DNA of 64,000 bases, from contig JAPDFW010000063.1 of assembly GCA_028826165.1 (NCBI GenBank), positions 124,001-188,000 on the forward strand. Direction: 5' to 3'. Made by a program: the position numbers and the translations under genes. This stretch comes from Anaeramoeba ignava BMAN. Its lineage: Eukaryota; Protista; Anaeramoebae. This document shows positions 1 to 12,381 of this stretch, in pieces. The notes beneath the pieces were generated by a model. The model saw only the letters and a program-made list of their open reading frames with translations. It did no database searches and was not told the origin of the DNA. Positions within the stretch are counted from its first letter, which is position 1. The number at the start of each line of letters is the position of its first letter.

Positions 1-37
1 TTTTTTTTCATTATTTTTGTATATTGAAAACTTAATA

Positions 38-1498
38 ATGGAAGTTTTACGTTCAATTTTTGAAAATTTAAATGATGGAATACTAAATGCAGCTTTACAA
101 ATGGCAGGAGGAAATGTAGAAGTTGCAATTGAATATTTAGTTAATCCAGAAATACTTTTAACTTTACAAGAAGCATTAAACATACAAGAAAATGAATCTG
201 ATAATGAAATTGACAACCAAAGCGATAATGAAGATCATAATCAAAATCCTAATCAAATTGACATTGACGTTAACCAAATTCAGCAAGCAAACCCTATTAA
301 TCTTGACATTAATCACCAACAAAACCCAAATGATGGTGACATTAATCAACAACAAAATATTGGCGTTAATCACCAACAAAACCCAAATGATGGTGACATT
401 GACCATCAAGAAATCCAAGAACATATTCATAATGAAATTCACGAAGACCAAAATAACGGTCAAATAAATAATATCCAAGAACCTGCTATGGAAGTTGAAA
501 ATCAAAATATTAATGCGGATTTGGATGGAAACGAAGATCAAAATGAAGATGAAAATTTAAATCGAAATTTAAATGAACGTCAAAGATTCATTGGTTTTTT
601 TGAAAATTTAATCAGAGGATTGCAACAAGATCAACAACAAGCACAAATACAAATTAACCGCAATGAACATCAGCATCAACATCAGCATCAACATCCCAAA
701 GACACACTTACTCAAACAACGCCTACAGAAGGAGAAAAAGCGTTTATGTCAAAATTTGATGAAGAAATTTTCAGAAAAACAGCTTTGCAATTGGTGAACA
801 TCAGCCCATCAAAACTCAGATACACCAGCATAGCTATTTATCAAAACATCAACGATCCAGTTCTGGCAAATATTCTGGAAAACAACCCGCAAAGCGGATA
901 CTGGATCTGCTTTTTCTCATTTACAGAAATTGATTATATTTGGAAAACAATCGTGAATTCTCAACTTGCCAGCAAAGCATTTGGTCAAATTATTCAGTTC
1001 CAAATTGAAAAAAAAAGCAGGAGTTTGACTGCTAGACAGAAAAGAAAATTTTCTGTAAAAGTGTTTGTTTCGGATTCATTAAATATTCCTGAAATTGTTC
1101 GTGTTGGGACTTTATTTTATTCAAAATTATCAATTTCAAAACCAATTTATTTTGTTCCAAATTCATCTTCAAAAAAAGAAAAAACAGACAAAGAAATATC
1201 AATACCAAACCCGCAAAATATGGTTTCAAAAACTGTAAATATGAACGGTTTAAATTATGTTTATTTGGTTCGCGAAGAAAATGAAGAAGTTCACAAAAAA
1301 ACCCAAAATAATCATAATAAATCTTTTAAAAGCAAAATTGAAATTATTGAAAATAGCCAATATAAACTTATTAAAAAAGAAAATAAGAAGGAGAAAAAAA
1401 CCAAAAATTCATCAATTACTGATGAGTTTCAACTTTTATATCGCGATCCAAATTCAAACTCAAAATCTTGGCTTGTAGTTCAAAATTCTTTTATTTAA
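38..1498 (+). CDS. UBA/CUE-like N-terminal domain, N/Q/D/E-rich linker and C-terminal DUF1917/BLES03 (C11orf68-like, eIF4E-fold) domain
   Basis: First ATG at 38 follows a TTCATT motif. The N-terminus LRSIFENLNDGILNAALQMAGGNVEVAIEYL fits a UBA/CUE three-helix pattern. SGYWICFFS..IDYIWKTIV and VKVFVSD..IVRV resemble the SGKW/ID.AW/I.VYT.D motifs of DUF1917 (recognised from memory). Confidence 0.55.
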   Translation: MEVLRSIFENLNDGILNAALQMAGGNVEVAIEYLVNPEILLTLQEALNIQENESDNEIDNQSDNEDHNQNPNQIDIDVNQIQQANPINLDINHQQNPNDGDINQQQNIGVNHQQNPNDGDIDHQEIQEHIHNEIHEDQNNGQINNIQEPAMEVENQNINADLDGNEDQNEDENLNRNLNERQRFIGFFENLIRGLQQDQQQAQIQINRNEHQHQHQHQHPKDTLTQTTPTEGEKAFMSKFDEEIFRKTALQLVNISPSKLRYTSIAIYQNINDPVLANILENNPQSGYWICFFSFTEIDYIWKTIVNSQLASKAFGQIIQFQIEKKSRSLTARQKRKFSVKVFVSDSLNIPEIVRVGTLFYSKLSISKPIYFVPNSSSKKEKTDKEISIPNPQNMVSKTVNMNGLNYVYLVREENEEVHKKTQNNHNKSFKSKIEIIENSQYKLIKKENKKEKKTKNSSITDEFQLLYRDPNSNSKSWLVVQNSFI

Positions 1499-1706
1499 TT
1501 ATAATTATTATCCAAAAAAACAAAAAAACAAAAAAACAAAAGAAAATTCAATTCAATTCAATTCAATCAAATTGAATTTAAAACTATTTTTGAAACTTTT
1601 TCTGATTATTTTTTGATGTTACACAAAAAAAATAAAAAATAAAAAATAAAAAATAAAAAAATCAATTAAAAAGTGGAACAAAAAATATTTTTGCTTTTTT
1701 TTTTTT

Positions 1707-3036
1707 TCAACAACAATTTTTCTTTTTTTGATTATTTGTAAATGAATTAATTTGGAAATGATTATTATCTTGACGATGTTTGATTTCATTTTTTTGACTG
1801 TTTTTTTCAAATAAATCACCAACAGTTTCCCATAATTCTTGAATATTATGTCCAGTTTTAGAAGATATTTCAAAAAAATAACTATTCTTATCATTTGCTT
1901 TTTTTTTTCCTTCTTCAAGTGTTACTTTTCTTAATTTACTTGTTTCTTCTATTAAATCTAATTTGGTTCCAATTAATATAACAAAAGAATCTTCATTTGT
2001 ATATTGTAATTTATCAAAAAATCTATCAAGATTTGTGAAACTATTTCGATCTGTAATATCTTTTTTTTTTTAAATTTTATTTTAATTCCAATTTTTATTT
2101 TAATTTTAATTCCAATTTTAATTTTGATTTTAATTTTATAAATGAATTTTAATTTTAATATTAATTTTAATATTAATTTTAATATTAATTTTAATTTTAA
2201 TTTTAATTTTAATTTTATAAATGAATTTTAATTTTGTTTTTAATTTTATAAATGAATTTTAATTTTAAATTTAATTTTAAATTTAATTTTAATTTTATAA
2301 ATGAATTTTAATTTTAATTTTAATATTAATTTTAATTTTAATTTTAATTTTAATTTTAATTTTGATTTTAATTTTAATTTTAATTTTAATTTTAATATTA
2401 ATTTTATAAATGAATTTTAATTTTGAATTTAATTTTAATTCCAATTTTAATATTAATATTAATTTTAATTTTAATTTTATAAATGAATTTTAATTTTAAT
2501 TTTATAAATGAATTTTAATTTTAATTTTATAAATGAATTTTATAAATGAATTTTAATTTTATAAATGAATTTTAATTGAAAAATACCATAAAGAATTAAT
2601 TCACAACCAGAATTTCGACAATAAAAAGAAGATAAAGAATCAAAACGTTCTTTGATTTTAAAAGTAAATTTTGTTTTTTTTTTTTTGTTAAAAAAATTTT
2701 TTAAATAATTTCTTAAAACTAAAAAAGGAATTTATTAAAATTGAATCATCAAACCTTCACCAGCAGTATCCCAAATAGAAAATGTATATTCTTGTAATTC
2801 TCCTTGATATTTTTTTTCTAAATAAAAAAGAAGAAAAAATAAAACAACTTTCTTCTTTTTGAAAATTTTTTTAAAGAGAATTTAAAAGATTTTTTACTTG
2901 AAAATGTTGCTCCTGTTGTTTGTTCTGGATTCTCAAAAGTTCCTTGAGTCAATCTGTTTACTAAAGTTGTTTTTCCAACTTTACTAGATCCTAATAAAAT
3001 TATTTTAAGATCATATTTCTCTTCTTCTTCATTCAT
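1707..3036 (-). CDS. Rab small GTPase, Rab20/Rab24-like; 4 exons (3036-2898, 2817-2755, 2649-2587, 2059-1707)
   Basis: Spliced translation gives GSSKVGKTT, TTGATF, WDTAGEERFDSLSSFYCR, GTKLD, EISSK and a C-terminal NCC prenylation motif. All three GT-AG introns keep the frame. Confidence 0.9.
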
Positions 3037-3125
3037 TTAAATTTTAAAAAAAAAAAAATGAAATTATTTTTTTCGACTTTTTTATTTTTATTCCAAATTT
3101 AATTTCAAAAAAAAAATATTAAAAT

Positions 3126-3509
3126 TTGATATTAAAATTGAATTTGAAATTAAAATTGAAATTAAAATTGATATTTAAATTTGAATTTGATATTAATATT
3201 GATATTGATATTGATATTGATATTAAAATTGATATTGATATTGATATTGATATTGATATTGATATTGATATTGATATTGATATTGATATTGATATTGATA
3301 TTGATATTGATATTGATATTGATATTGATATTGATATTGATATTGATGTTGATATTGATATTGATATTGAAATTGATATTTATATTGATATTGATATTGA
3401 TATTGATATTGATATTGATATTGATATTGATATTGAAATTAGATTTAATTTGAAATTGAAATTAAATTTGAAATTGAAATTAAATTTGAAATTAAAATTG
3501 AAATTAGAT
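3126..3509. repeat. (GATATT)n/(GAAATT)n hexamer microsatellite 3' of the ankyrin-BTB gene
   Basis: Tandem hexamers visible directly; they produce the spurious DI/IL ORFs. Confidence 0.95.
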
Positions 3510-6500
3510 TTAATTTTGATTTTCATTTTTTGATAAAGATCTAGAAAAAAAATCAAGTAAATATGTTCCTAAAATTGAAACTTGATTTAATTGATAAAAA
3601 TCTTTTAAATCAGTAAATTCTTCAATATTTTCTTTGTTTAATTTTGTTTCATCAATTTTATCATTATAAAGAAAATAAATTAATTGATTAATTGTTTCAA
3701 ATGATTTTTCTGAATATTCATGAACTTGATTTGATGTATCATTAACACTTAAAAACATTCCTTTAAATAATTCACTTCTTATTATTAATATTAATTTATG
3801 AACTTTAATTTCTTTTTCTTCAATAATTATTGTAAAATCTTTAGTTTCATTTTCTTGATAAAATTTTCCAAAATCTTTTAATATTCCTTTTATTCCTTCT
3901 TTTTCTTTAATCCAATTTAAATCAAATCCTGTTTCTTCAAATAAATCATAAATTAATCCTTCTTTTTTATTTTCATTTTCAATTTTAATCTCATTTGAAT
4001 TTGAATTTAGTTCTTGTTCTTTTTTATTTTCATATTCAATTTCATTTGAAAATAAAAATTTGAAATGAGAATCAATTTGTGTTTCTTTTTGAATAAATTG
4101 ATTATTAAATTTTTCAATAAATTTATCAAAATCAATAAATCCTGTATAAAGGAAATTTAATGAAAATTGAATAATCTCTTTTGGTTTTGTTCTACAAATA
4201 TTAATAAATCTTGTTAAAATTGTTTGATTATTATTAAATCTAATTAATAAAATTTGTTTATGAACTTTGATTATTTCCCCATCATAACTTTTTAATTCAA
4301 TATCTGTAAATTCATTTGATTTCAAAAAATTGTTTAAATCATCATTAAATGAATAAATTTTTGGAAATAAATCAATTATTTTTTGATTAACTTTTTCTTT
4401 CAATTCAAAAATATTCAAATCTCTCATTAATAGAATTATAATTTCATTTAGATATTGATTTTCCAAAGCAATATTTAAAGGTATTTCATTCTGATTATTT
4501 TTTGAATTAATATTAGAACCTTTGGAAATTAATAATTCAATAATTTCATTTGGATTTTGGTTTTTCAAAGCAATATGTAAAGGTATTTCATTTTGATTAT
4601 TTTTTGAATTAATATTAGTTTCTTTGGAAATTAATAATTCAATAATTTCTTTTGGATAGTTATTTTTCAAAGCAATATTTAAAGGTATTTCATTCCATCT
4701 GTTTTTTGAATTAATATTAGAACCTTTGGAAATTAATAATTCAATAATTTCATTTGGATTTTGATTTTTCAAAGCAATATTTAAAGGTATTTCATTCTGA
4801 TTATTTTTTAAATTAATATCAGAACCATTGGAAATTAATAATTCAATAATTTCTTTTGAATTTTGATTTTTCAAAGCAATATGTAAAGGTATTTCATTCC
4901 ATTTGTTTTTTGAATTAATATTAGAACCTTTGGAAATTAATAATTCAATAATTTCATTTGTATATTTATTTTTCAAAGCAATATGTAAAGGTATTTCATT
5001 CTGATTATTTTTTGAATTAATATCAGAACCATTGGAAATTAATAATTCAATAATTTCATTTGAATTTTTATTTTTCAAAGCAATATGTAAAGGTATTTCA
5101 TTTTGATTATTTTTTGAATTAATATTAGCTTCTTTGGAAATTAATAATTCAATAATTTCATTTGGAAAATTACTTTTCAAAGCAATATGTAAAGGTGTTT
5201 CATTTTCATCATTTTTTGAATTAATATTAGAACCTTTGGAAATTAATAATTCAATAATTTCATTTGGATTTTGATATTTCAAAGCAATATGTAAAGGTAT
5301 TTCATTCCATTTGTTTTTTGAATTAATATCAGAACTTTTGGAAATTAATAATTCAATAATTTCATTTGGATTTTGGTTTTTCAAAGCAATATGTAAAGGT
5401 ATTTCATTCTGATTATTTTTTGAATTAATATTAGCTTCTTTGGAAATTAATAATTCAATAATTTCTTTTGGATTTTGGCTTTTCAAAGCAATATGTAAAG
5501 GTATTTCATTCCATTTGTTTTTTGAATTAATATTAGAACCTTTGGAAATTAATAATTTAATAATTTCATTTGGATTTTGGTTTTTCAAAGCAATATGTAA
5601 AGGTATTTCATTCCATTTGTTTTTTGAATTAATATCAGATTCTTTGGAAATTAATAATTCAATAATTTCTTTTGGATTTTTATTTTCCAAAGCAATATGT
5701 AAAGGTGTTTCATTCCATCTGTTTTTTGAATTAATATTAGATTCTTTGGAAATTAATAATTCAATAATTTCTTTTGAATTTTTATTTTTCAAAGCAATAT
5801 GTAAAGGTATTTCATTTTGATTATTTTTTGAATTAATATTAGAACCATTGGAAATTAATAATTTAATAATTTCATTTGGATTTTGGTTTTTCAAAGCAAT
5901 ATGTAAAGGTATTTCATTTTCATCATTTTTTGAATTAATATTAGAACCTTTGGAAATTAATAATTCAATAATTTCTTTTGGATATTTATTTTTCAAAGCA
6001 ATATGTAAAGGTATTTCATTTTCATCATTTTTTGAATTAATATTAGAACCTTTGGAAATTAATAATTCAATAATTTCATTTGGATTTTGGTTTTTCAAAG
6101 CAATATTTAAAGGTATTTCATCTTGATTATTTTTTGAATTAATATCAGATTCTTTGGAAATTAATAATTCAATAATTTCATTTGAATTTTGGTTTTTCAA
6201 AGCAATATGTAAAGGTATTTCATTCCATTTATTTTTTGAATTAGTATTAGATTCTTTGGAAATTAATAATTCAATAATTTCTTTTGAATATTTATTTTTT
6301 AAAGCAATATGTAAAGGTATTTCATTCCATCTATTTTTTGAATTAATATTAGATTCTTTGGGAATTAATAATTTAATAATTTCATTTGGATTTTGGTTTT
6401 TCAAAGCAATATGTAAAGGTATTTCATTCCATTTGTTTTTGAATTAATATCAGAACCTTTGGAAATTAATAATTCAATAATTTCTTTTGAATTTTTATTT

Positions 6501-9500
6501 TTCAAAGCAATATGTAAAGGTATTTCATTTTGATTATTTTTTGAATTAATATCAGAACCATTGGAAATTAATAATTCAATAATTTCATTTGAATTTTTAT
6601 TTTTCAAAGCAATATGTAAAGGTATTTCATTCCATTTGTTTTTTAAATTAATATCAGATTCTTTGGAAATTAATAATTTAATAATTTCATTTGGATATTT
6701 ATTTTTCAAAAGCAATATGTAAATGTGTTTCATTTAAATTATTTTTTGAATTAATATTAGATCCTTTGGGAATTAATAATTCAATAATTTCTTTTGGATT
6801 TTGATATTTCAAAGCAATATTTAAAGATGTTTCATTTAAATTATTTTTTGAATTAATATTAGAACCTTTGGAAATTAATAATTCAATAATTTCTTTTGAA
6901 TTTTTATTTTTCAAAGCATAATGTAAAGGTATTTCATTCCATCTATTTTTTGAATTAATATCAGATCCTTTGGAAATTAATAATTTAATAATTTCTTTTG
7001 GATAGTTATTTTTCAAAGCAATATGTAAAGGTATTTCATTCCATTTGTTTTTTGAATTAATATTAAATTCTTTGGAAATTAATAATTTAATAATTTCTTT
7101 TGGATAGTTATTTTTCAAAGCAATATGTAAAGGTATTTCATTTTCATCATTTTTTGGATTAATATCAGATTCTTTGGAAATTAATAATTTAATAATTTCA
7201 TTTGAATATTTATTTTTCAAAGCAATATGTAAAGGTATTTCATTTTGATTATTTTTTGAATTAATATCAGATTCTTTGGAAATTAATAATTCAATAATTT
7301 CTTTTGGATAGTTATTTTTCAAAGCAATATGTAAAGGTATTTCATTTTCATCATTTTTTGGATTAATATTAGATCCTTTGGAAATTAATAATTCAATAAT
7401 TTCTTTTGTATTTTTATTTTTCAAAGCAATATGTAAAGGTATTTCATTTTGATTATTTTTTGAATTAATATCAGAATCTTTGGAAATTAATAATTTAATA
7501 ATTTCTTTTGGATAGTTATTTTTCAAAGCAATATGCAAAGGTATTTCATTTTCATTATGAGATTTAGAATAAAAATCAAGTAAATATGTTCCTAAAATTG
7601 ATTTTGGATTTAATTGATAAAAATCTTTTAAATCAATAAATTCTGAAATATTTTCTTTGTTTAATTTTGTTTCATCAATTTTATCATTATAAAGAAAATA
7701 AATTAATTGATTAATTGTTTCAAATGATTTTTCTGAATATTCATGAACTTGATTTGATGTATCATTAACACTTAAAAACATTCCTTTAAATAATTCACTT
7801 CTTATTTGTAATATTAATTTATGAACTTTAATTTCTTTTTCTTCAATAATTATTGTAAAATCTTTAGTTTCATTTTCTTGATAAAACTTTCCAAAATCTT
7901 TTAATATTCCTTTTATTCCTTCTTTTTCTTTAATCCAATTTAAATCAAATCCTGTTTTTTCAAATAAATCATAAATTAATCCTTCTTTTTTAATTTCTTT
8001 TTCATTTTTAATCTCATTTGAATTTGAATTTAGTTCTTGTTCTTTTTTATTTTCATATTCAATTTCATTTGAAAATAAAAATTTGAAATGAGAATCAATT
8101 TGTGTTTCTTTTTGAATAAATTGATTATTAAATTTTTCAATAAATTTATCAAAATCAATAAATCCTGTATAAAGGAAATTTAATGAAAATTGAATAATCT
8201 CTTTTGGTTTTGTTCTACAAATATTAATAAATCTTGTTAAAATTGTTTGATTATTATTAAATCTAATCAATAAAATTTGTTTATGAGCTTTGATTATTTC
8301 CCCATCATAACTTTTTAATTCAATATCTGTAAATTCATTTGATTTCAAAAAATTGTTTAAATCATCATTAAATGAATAAATTTTTGGAAATAAATCAATT
8401 ATTTCTTGAATAAATTTTTCTTTTAATTCAAAAATATTCAAATCTCTCATTAATAGAATTATAATTTCATTTAGATATTTATTTTCTAAAGCAATATTTA
8501 AAGGTATTTCATTCCATTTGTTTTTTGAATTAATATTAGAACCTTTGAAAATTAATAATTTAATAATTTCATTTGAATATTTATTTTCCAAAGCAATATG
8601 TAAAGGTATTTCATTTTCATCATTTTTTGAATTAATATCAGATTCTTTGGAAATTAATAATTCAATAATTTCTTTTGGATAGTTATTTTTCAAAGCAATA
8701 TGTAAAGGTATTTCATTCCATCTGTTTTTTGAATTAATATCAGATTCTTTGGAAATTAATAATTCAATAATTTCATTTGGAAAATTACTTTTCAAAGCAA
8801 TATTTAAAGGTATTTCATTCCGTCTGTTTTTTGAATTAATATTAGAACCATTGGAAATTAATAATTCAATAATTTCATTTGAATATTTATTTTCCAAAGC
8901 AATATGTAAAGGTATTTCATTTAAATTATTTTTTGAATTAATATTAGAACCTTTGGAAATTAATAATTCAATAATTTCATTTGGATATTTATTTTCCAAA
9001 GCAATATGTAAAGGTATTTCATTCTGATTATTTTTTGAATTAATATTAGAACCATTGGAAATTAATAATTCAATAATTTCATTTGAATTTTGGTTTTTCA
9101 AAGCAATATGTAAAGGTATTTCATTTTCATTATTTTTTGAATTAATATCAGATTCTTTGGAAATTAACAATTCAATAATTTCATTTGAATTTTTATTTTG
9201 TAAAGCAATATGTAAAGGTGTTTCATTTTCATAATTTTTTGAATTAATATTAGATTCTTTGGAAATTAATAATTCAATAATTTCTTTTGGATTTTGGTTT
9301 TTCAAAGCATAATGTAAAGGTATTTCATTCCATTTGTTTTTTGAATTAATATCAGATCCTTTGGAAATTAATAATTCAATAATTTCTTTCGAATATTGAT
9401 ATTTCAAAGCAATATTTAAAGAATGATTTCCATTTTGATCAACCCAATTTAAGTTTGTTTCTTTTTCAATAAGTTTTTGAATAATCTCTTTTTTTGATTT

Positions 9501-9644
9501 TTGTTCAATAGCAAAATTTAGAAAAGGTTCATTTTCTTTTTCAAATTGTTCTGTTGTTTTTAAAGTTGAAATTGTATCAAAAAATTGAATATTATTTTTT
9601 AGAATTGCTTCATAAACTTGTTTTAATTGATTTTCTTGATTCAT
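3510..9644 (-). CDS. Giant ankyrin-BTB protein: ANK(~10)-BTB-BTB-ANK(~31)-BTB-BTB, probably one ~2,040-aa ORF broken by two compensating 1-bp indels (~6707, ~6440)
   Basis: 33-aa repeats NEIPLHIALK.....EIIELLISKGSNINSKN. Two near-identical BTB pairs (FTDIELK..IKVHKQILL; KDFTII..IKVHKLIL..RSELFKGMF). An extra A near 6707 and a missing T near 6440 relative to repeat consensus restore one frame. Confidence 0.9.
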
Positions 9645-9689
9645 TTTGAAAAGAAAAAAATGAAAAAAAAAAAATTTTTTTGTTTTTTT

Positions 9690-10043
9690 ATTTTTAAATT
9701 AAAATTGAAACTAAAAAATTTGAATTAAAATTGAAACTAAAAAATTGAATTGAAATTGGAATTAAAATTGAAATTGAAATTGAAATTAAAATTGAATTGA
9801 AATTGAAATTGAAATTGGAATTGGAATTGAAATTGAATTGAAATTGAAACTAAAAAATTGAATTGAAATTGAATTTGGAATTGAAATTGAAATTGAAATT
9901 GAAATTGAAATTGAAATTGAAATTTGAAATTAAAATTGAAATTGGAATTGGAATTGAAATTTGAAATTAAAATTGAAATTGGAATTGGAATTGAAATTGA
10001 AACTAAAAATTTGAAATTAAAATTGAAATTGAAATTGAATTTT
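9690..10043. repeat. (GAAATT/GGAATT)n hexamer microsatellite
   Basis: Tandem hexamers between the CS-Sel1 stop and the ankyrin gene start. Confidence 0.9.
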
Positions 10044-12087
10044 TTAATCATTTTTTGAATTTTTTGGTTTTCGAAATTTGAAATAAGCAATTCCAGCAAC
10101 CAAAATTGCAATTCCACCAATAATAATATATTTTGTAGTATTAGATTTAGATTCTTCTTTCTTGTCAATTTGTTTTTTTTCTTTCTTTTCAATTTCTTGA
10201 ACTTTTTCTTTCTTTTCAATTTCTTGTTTCTTATCAATTTCTTGAACTTTTTGAATTGATTCTAAATTTTCTATTTCTGAAATTTTTTTGTTATTCATTA
10301 ATTTTTTGATTTCTTCAGGAATTTCAAGTTGTGGATCTAATTCTTTTGCTTTTTGAATCAAAACAAGTGCTTTTTCAGGATTTGTTTCAACTCCATTTCC
10401 ATTGAGATAAAGAATTCCAAGATTAAATAAAGCTTCTGGATGTTCATCTTCAGCTGCTTCATTCCAATATAAAACTGCTTTTTTTAAATCTTTCTCTATT
10501 CCATTTCCTTTTATAATTCAAATTAAATTCAAATTAAATTAAATTAAATCAAATCAAAATCAAATTAAATCAAAATTAAATTCAAATTAAATTAAATTAA
10601 ATTAAATTAAATTAAATTAAATTAAATTAAATTAAAAATTAAATTAAATTAAATTAAATCAAATTTAAATTAAATCAAAATAAAAAATTAAATTAAATCA
10701 AATTAAAACAAATTAAAAAAAAATTAATTTAAATATTTTTGAAAAATAATTCACCTCCTTCAAAATATATAATCCAAATTAAATAAAATTATAATTTTTA
10801 TTAATGTGGGTTCAAGATAATATTTTCGTCTCAAATCAATTAAATCAAATTTTAAAACCTTTAAAAAATGATTGATTTAATTTTGAAAAATAAACCTTCA
10901 AAATTTAAATCCAAGATTAAATAAAGGTATATAATTTTTATTTAATATTTAATATTTTAATATTTAATATATATTTAATATTTAATATTCTAATATTTAA
11001 TAATATTTAATATTTAATATTTAATATTTAATATTTAATAATATTCTAATATTTAATATTTAATATTTAATAATATTTAATATTTATTATTCAATTCAAT
11101 TTAATTTAATTCAATTCAATTACAAGATGTTGTGCTTCAGGATTTCCCATTTCTGCTGATGTTGTCCATAAATCTAATGCTTTTTTTGCATCAGGTTTAA
11201 TATTATATTCTTCTGAACCAAGAGAGTAAAAAGTTGCTAATCTATGAACACTTATAAAATGTTTTTTTTCTGAACTTATTTCAAGATATTTAAATGCTTC
11301 TTTATAATTTTCTTTTTCTTCATTTAAAGCATAAAGCAGAAACCTTTTTTAATTTTAATTTTAATTTTAATTTTAATTTTAATTATTAATTTTAATTTTA
11401 ATTTTAATTTTAATTTTAATTTTAATTTTGATTTTGATTTTGATTTTAATTTTAATTTTAATTTTAATTTTAATTTTAATTTTAATTTTAATTTTAATTT
11501 TAATTTTAATTTTAATTTTAATTTTAATTTTAATTTTAATTTTAATTTTAATTTTAATTTTAATTTTAATTTTAATTTTAATTTTAATTTTAATTTTAAT
11601 TTTAATTTTTTAATTTTAATTTTATAAATTAATTTTAATTTTAAATTTTAATTTTAATTTTAATTTTAATTTTAATTTTAATTTTAATTTTAATTTTAAT
11701 TTTAATTTTAATTTTAATTTTAATTTTAATTTTAATTTTAATTTTAATTTTAATTTTAATTTTAATTTTAATTTTAAATTTTTACGCTGAATGAGAATCA
11801 ATTTTTCCATTATTTGGTTCTTTAATAATAATTGGCCAAGAAATAGGATTTTTTTTTTCCATAATAATATTTAAATAACGTTTATTTTCAAAAGTAAAAT
11901 CATGTTTTTCAATTTCATCATAAAGAACACCTTCAATTAAAGAATTTTTATTTTTTAATCCAACACAAATTGTTTTTGGTTTAATTTCTATAACAAGATC
12001 TTCTTGATTTGTATTTTCTGGAACTATCAAAACTATTGTAATTGAATTTTCTGATTGTGCTGTTTTATAATTTAAAATTGGAATCAT
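10044..12087 (-). CDS. CS (p23/Hsp20-like) domain + Sel1/TPR-like repeats + C-terminal transmembrane anchor; exons 12087-11786, 11343-11124, one unresolved short exon near 10755-10780, 10507-10044
   Basis: YKTAQSENSITIVLIVP..DLVIEIKPKTICVGLK..IEGVLY..IIMEK..W is CS-like. KALDLWTTSAEMGNPEAQH and KAVLYWNEAAEDEHPEALFNLGILYLNGNGVETNPEKA are Sel1 repeats. The protein ends YIIIGGIAILVAGIAYF followed by a basic tail KFRKPK. Confidence 0.8.
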
Positions 12088-12381
12088 ATTTATAATAATA
12101 ATATTTTTATTTTTTTTTTAAAATGAAAAAAATGAAAAAAATGAAAAAAAAAAATTAAATTAAAAAAATTTTTTTCTTTTTTCTTTTCTTTCTTTTTTTT
12201 AATAAAAAATAATAATTTAAAGTTATTTAAAATAATTAAAGAAATTTTAGATCTCTTTTTTTAGATCTTTTTTTTATTACTCAAATAATATAAAAAATAA
12301 TTTTGAAACTTTAAAAAAATTTAATTTTTGATTTTGATTTTTTTTTTTCATTTTTTTTCATTTTATTTTTTAAAGAAATTT
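12088..12381. promoter_or_regulatory. Bidirectional promoter region with tandem TTCATTT Inr-like motifs on each strand
   Basis: AAATGAA x3 near 12120-12146 faces the minus-strand gene; TTCATTT x2 near 12347-12363 faces the plus-strand gene. Confidence 0.5.

Noticed and set aside
5440-9027. Plus-strand ORFs with repeated ISFGFWFFKAICKG
   Set aside because: Antisense shadow of the ankyrin repeats.
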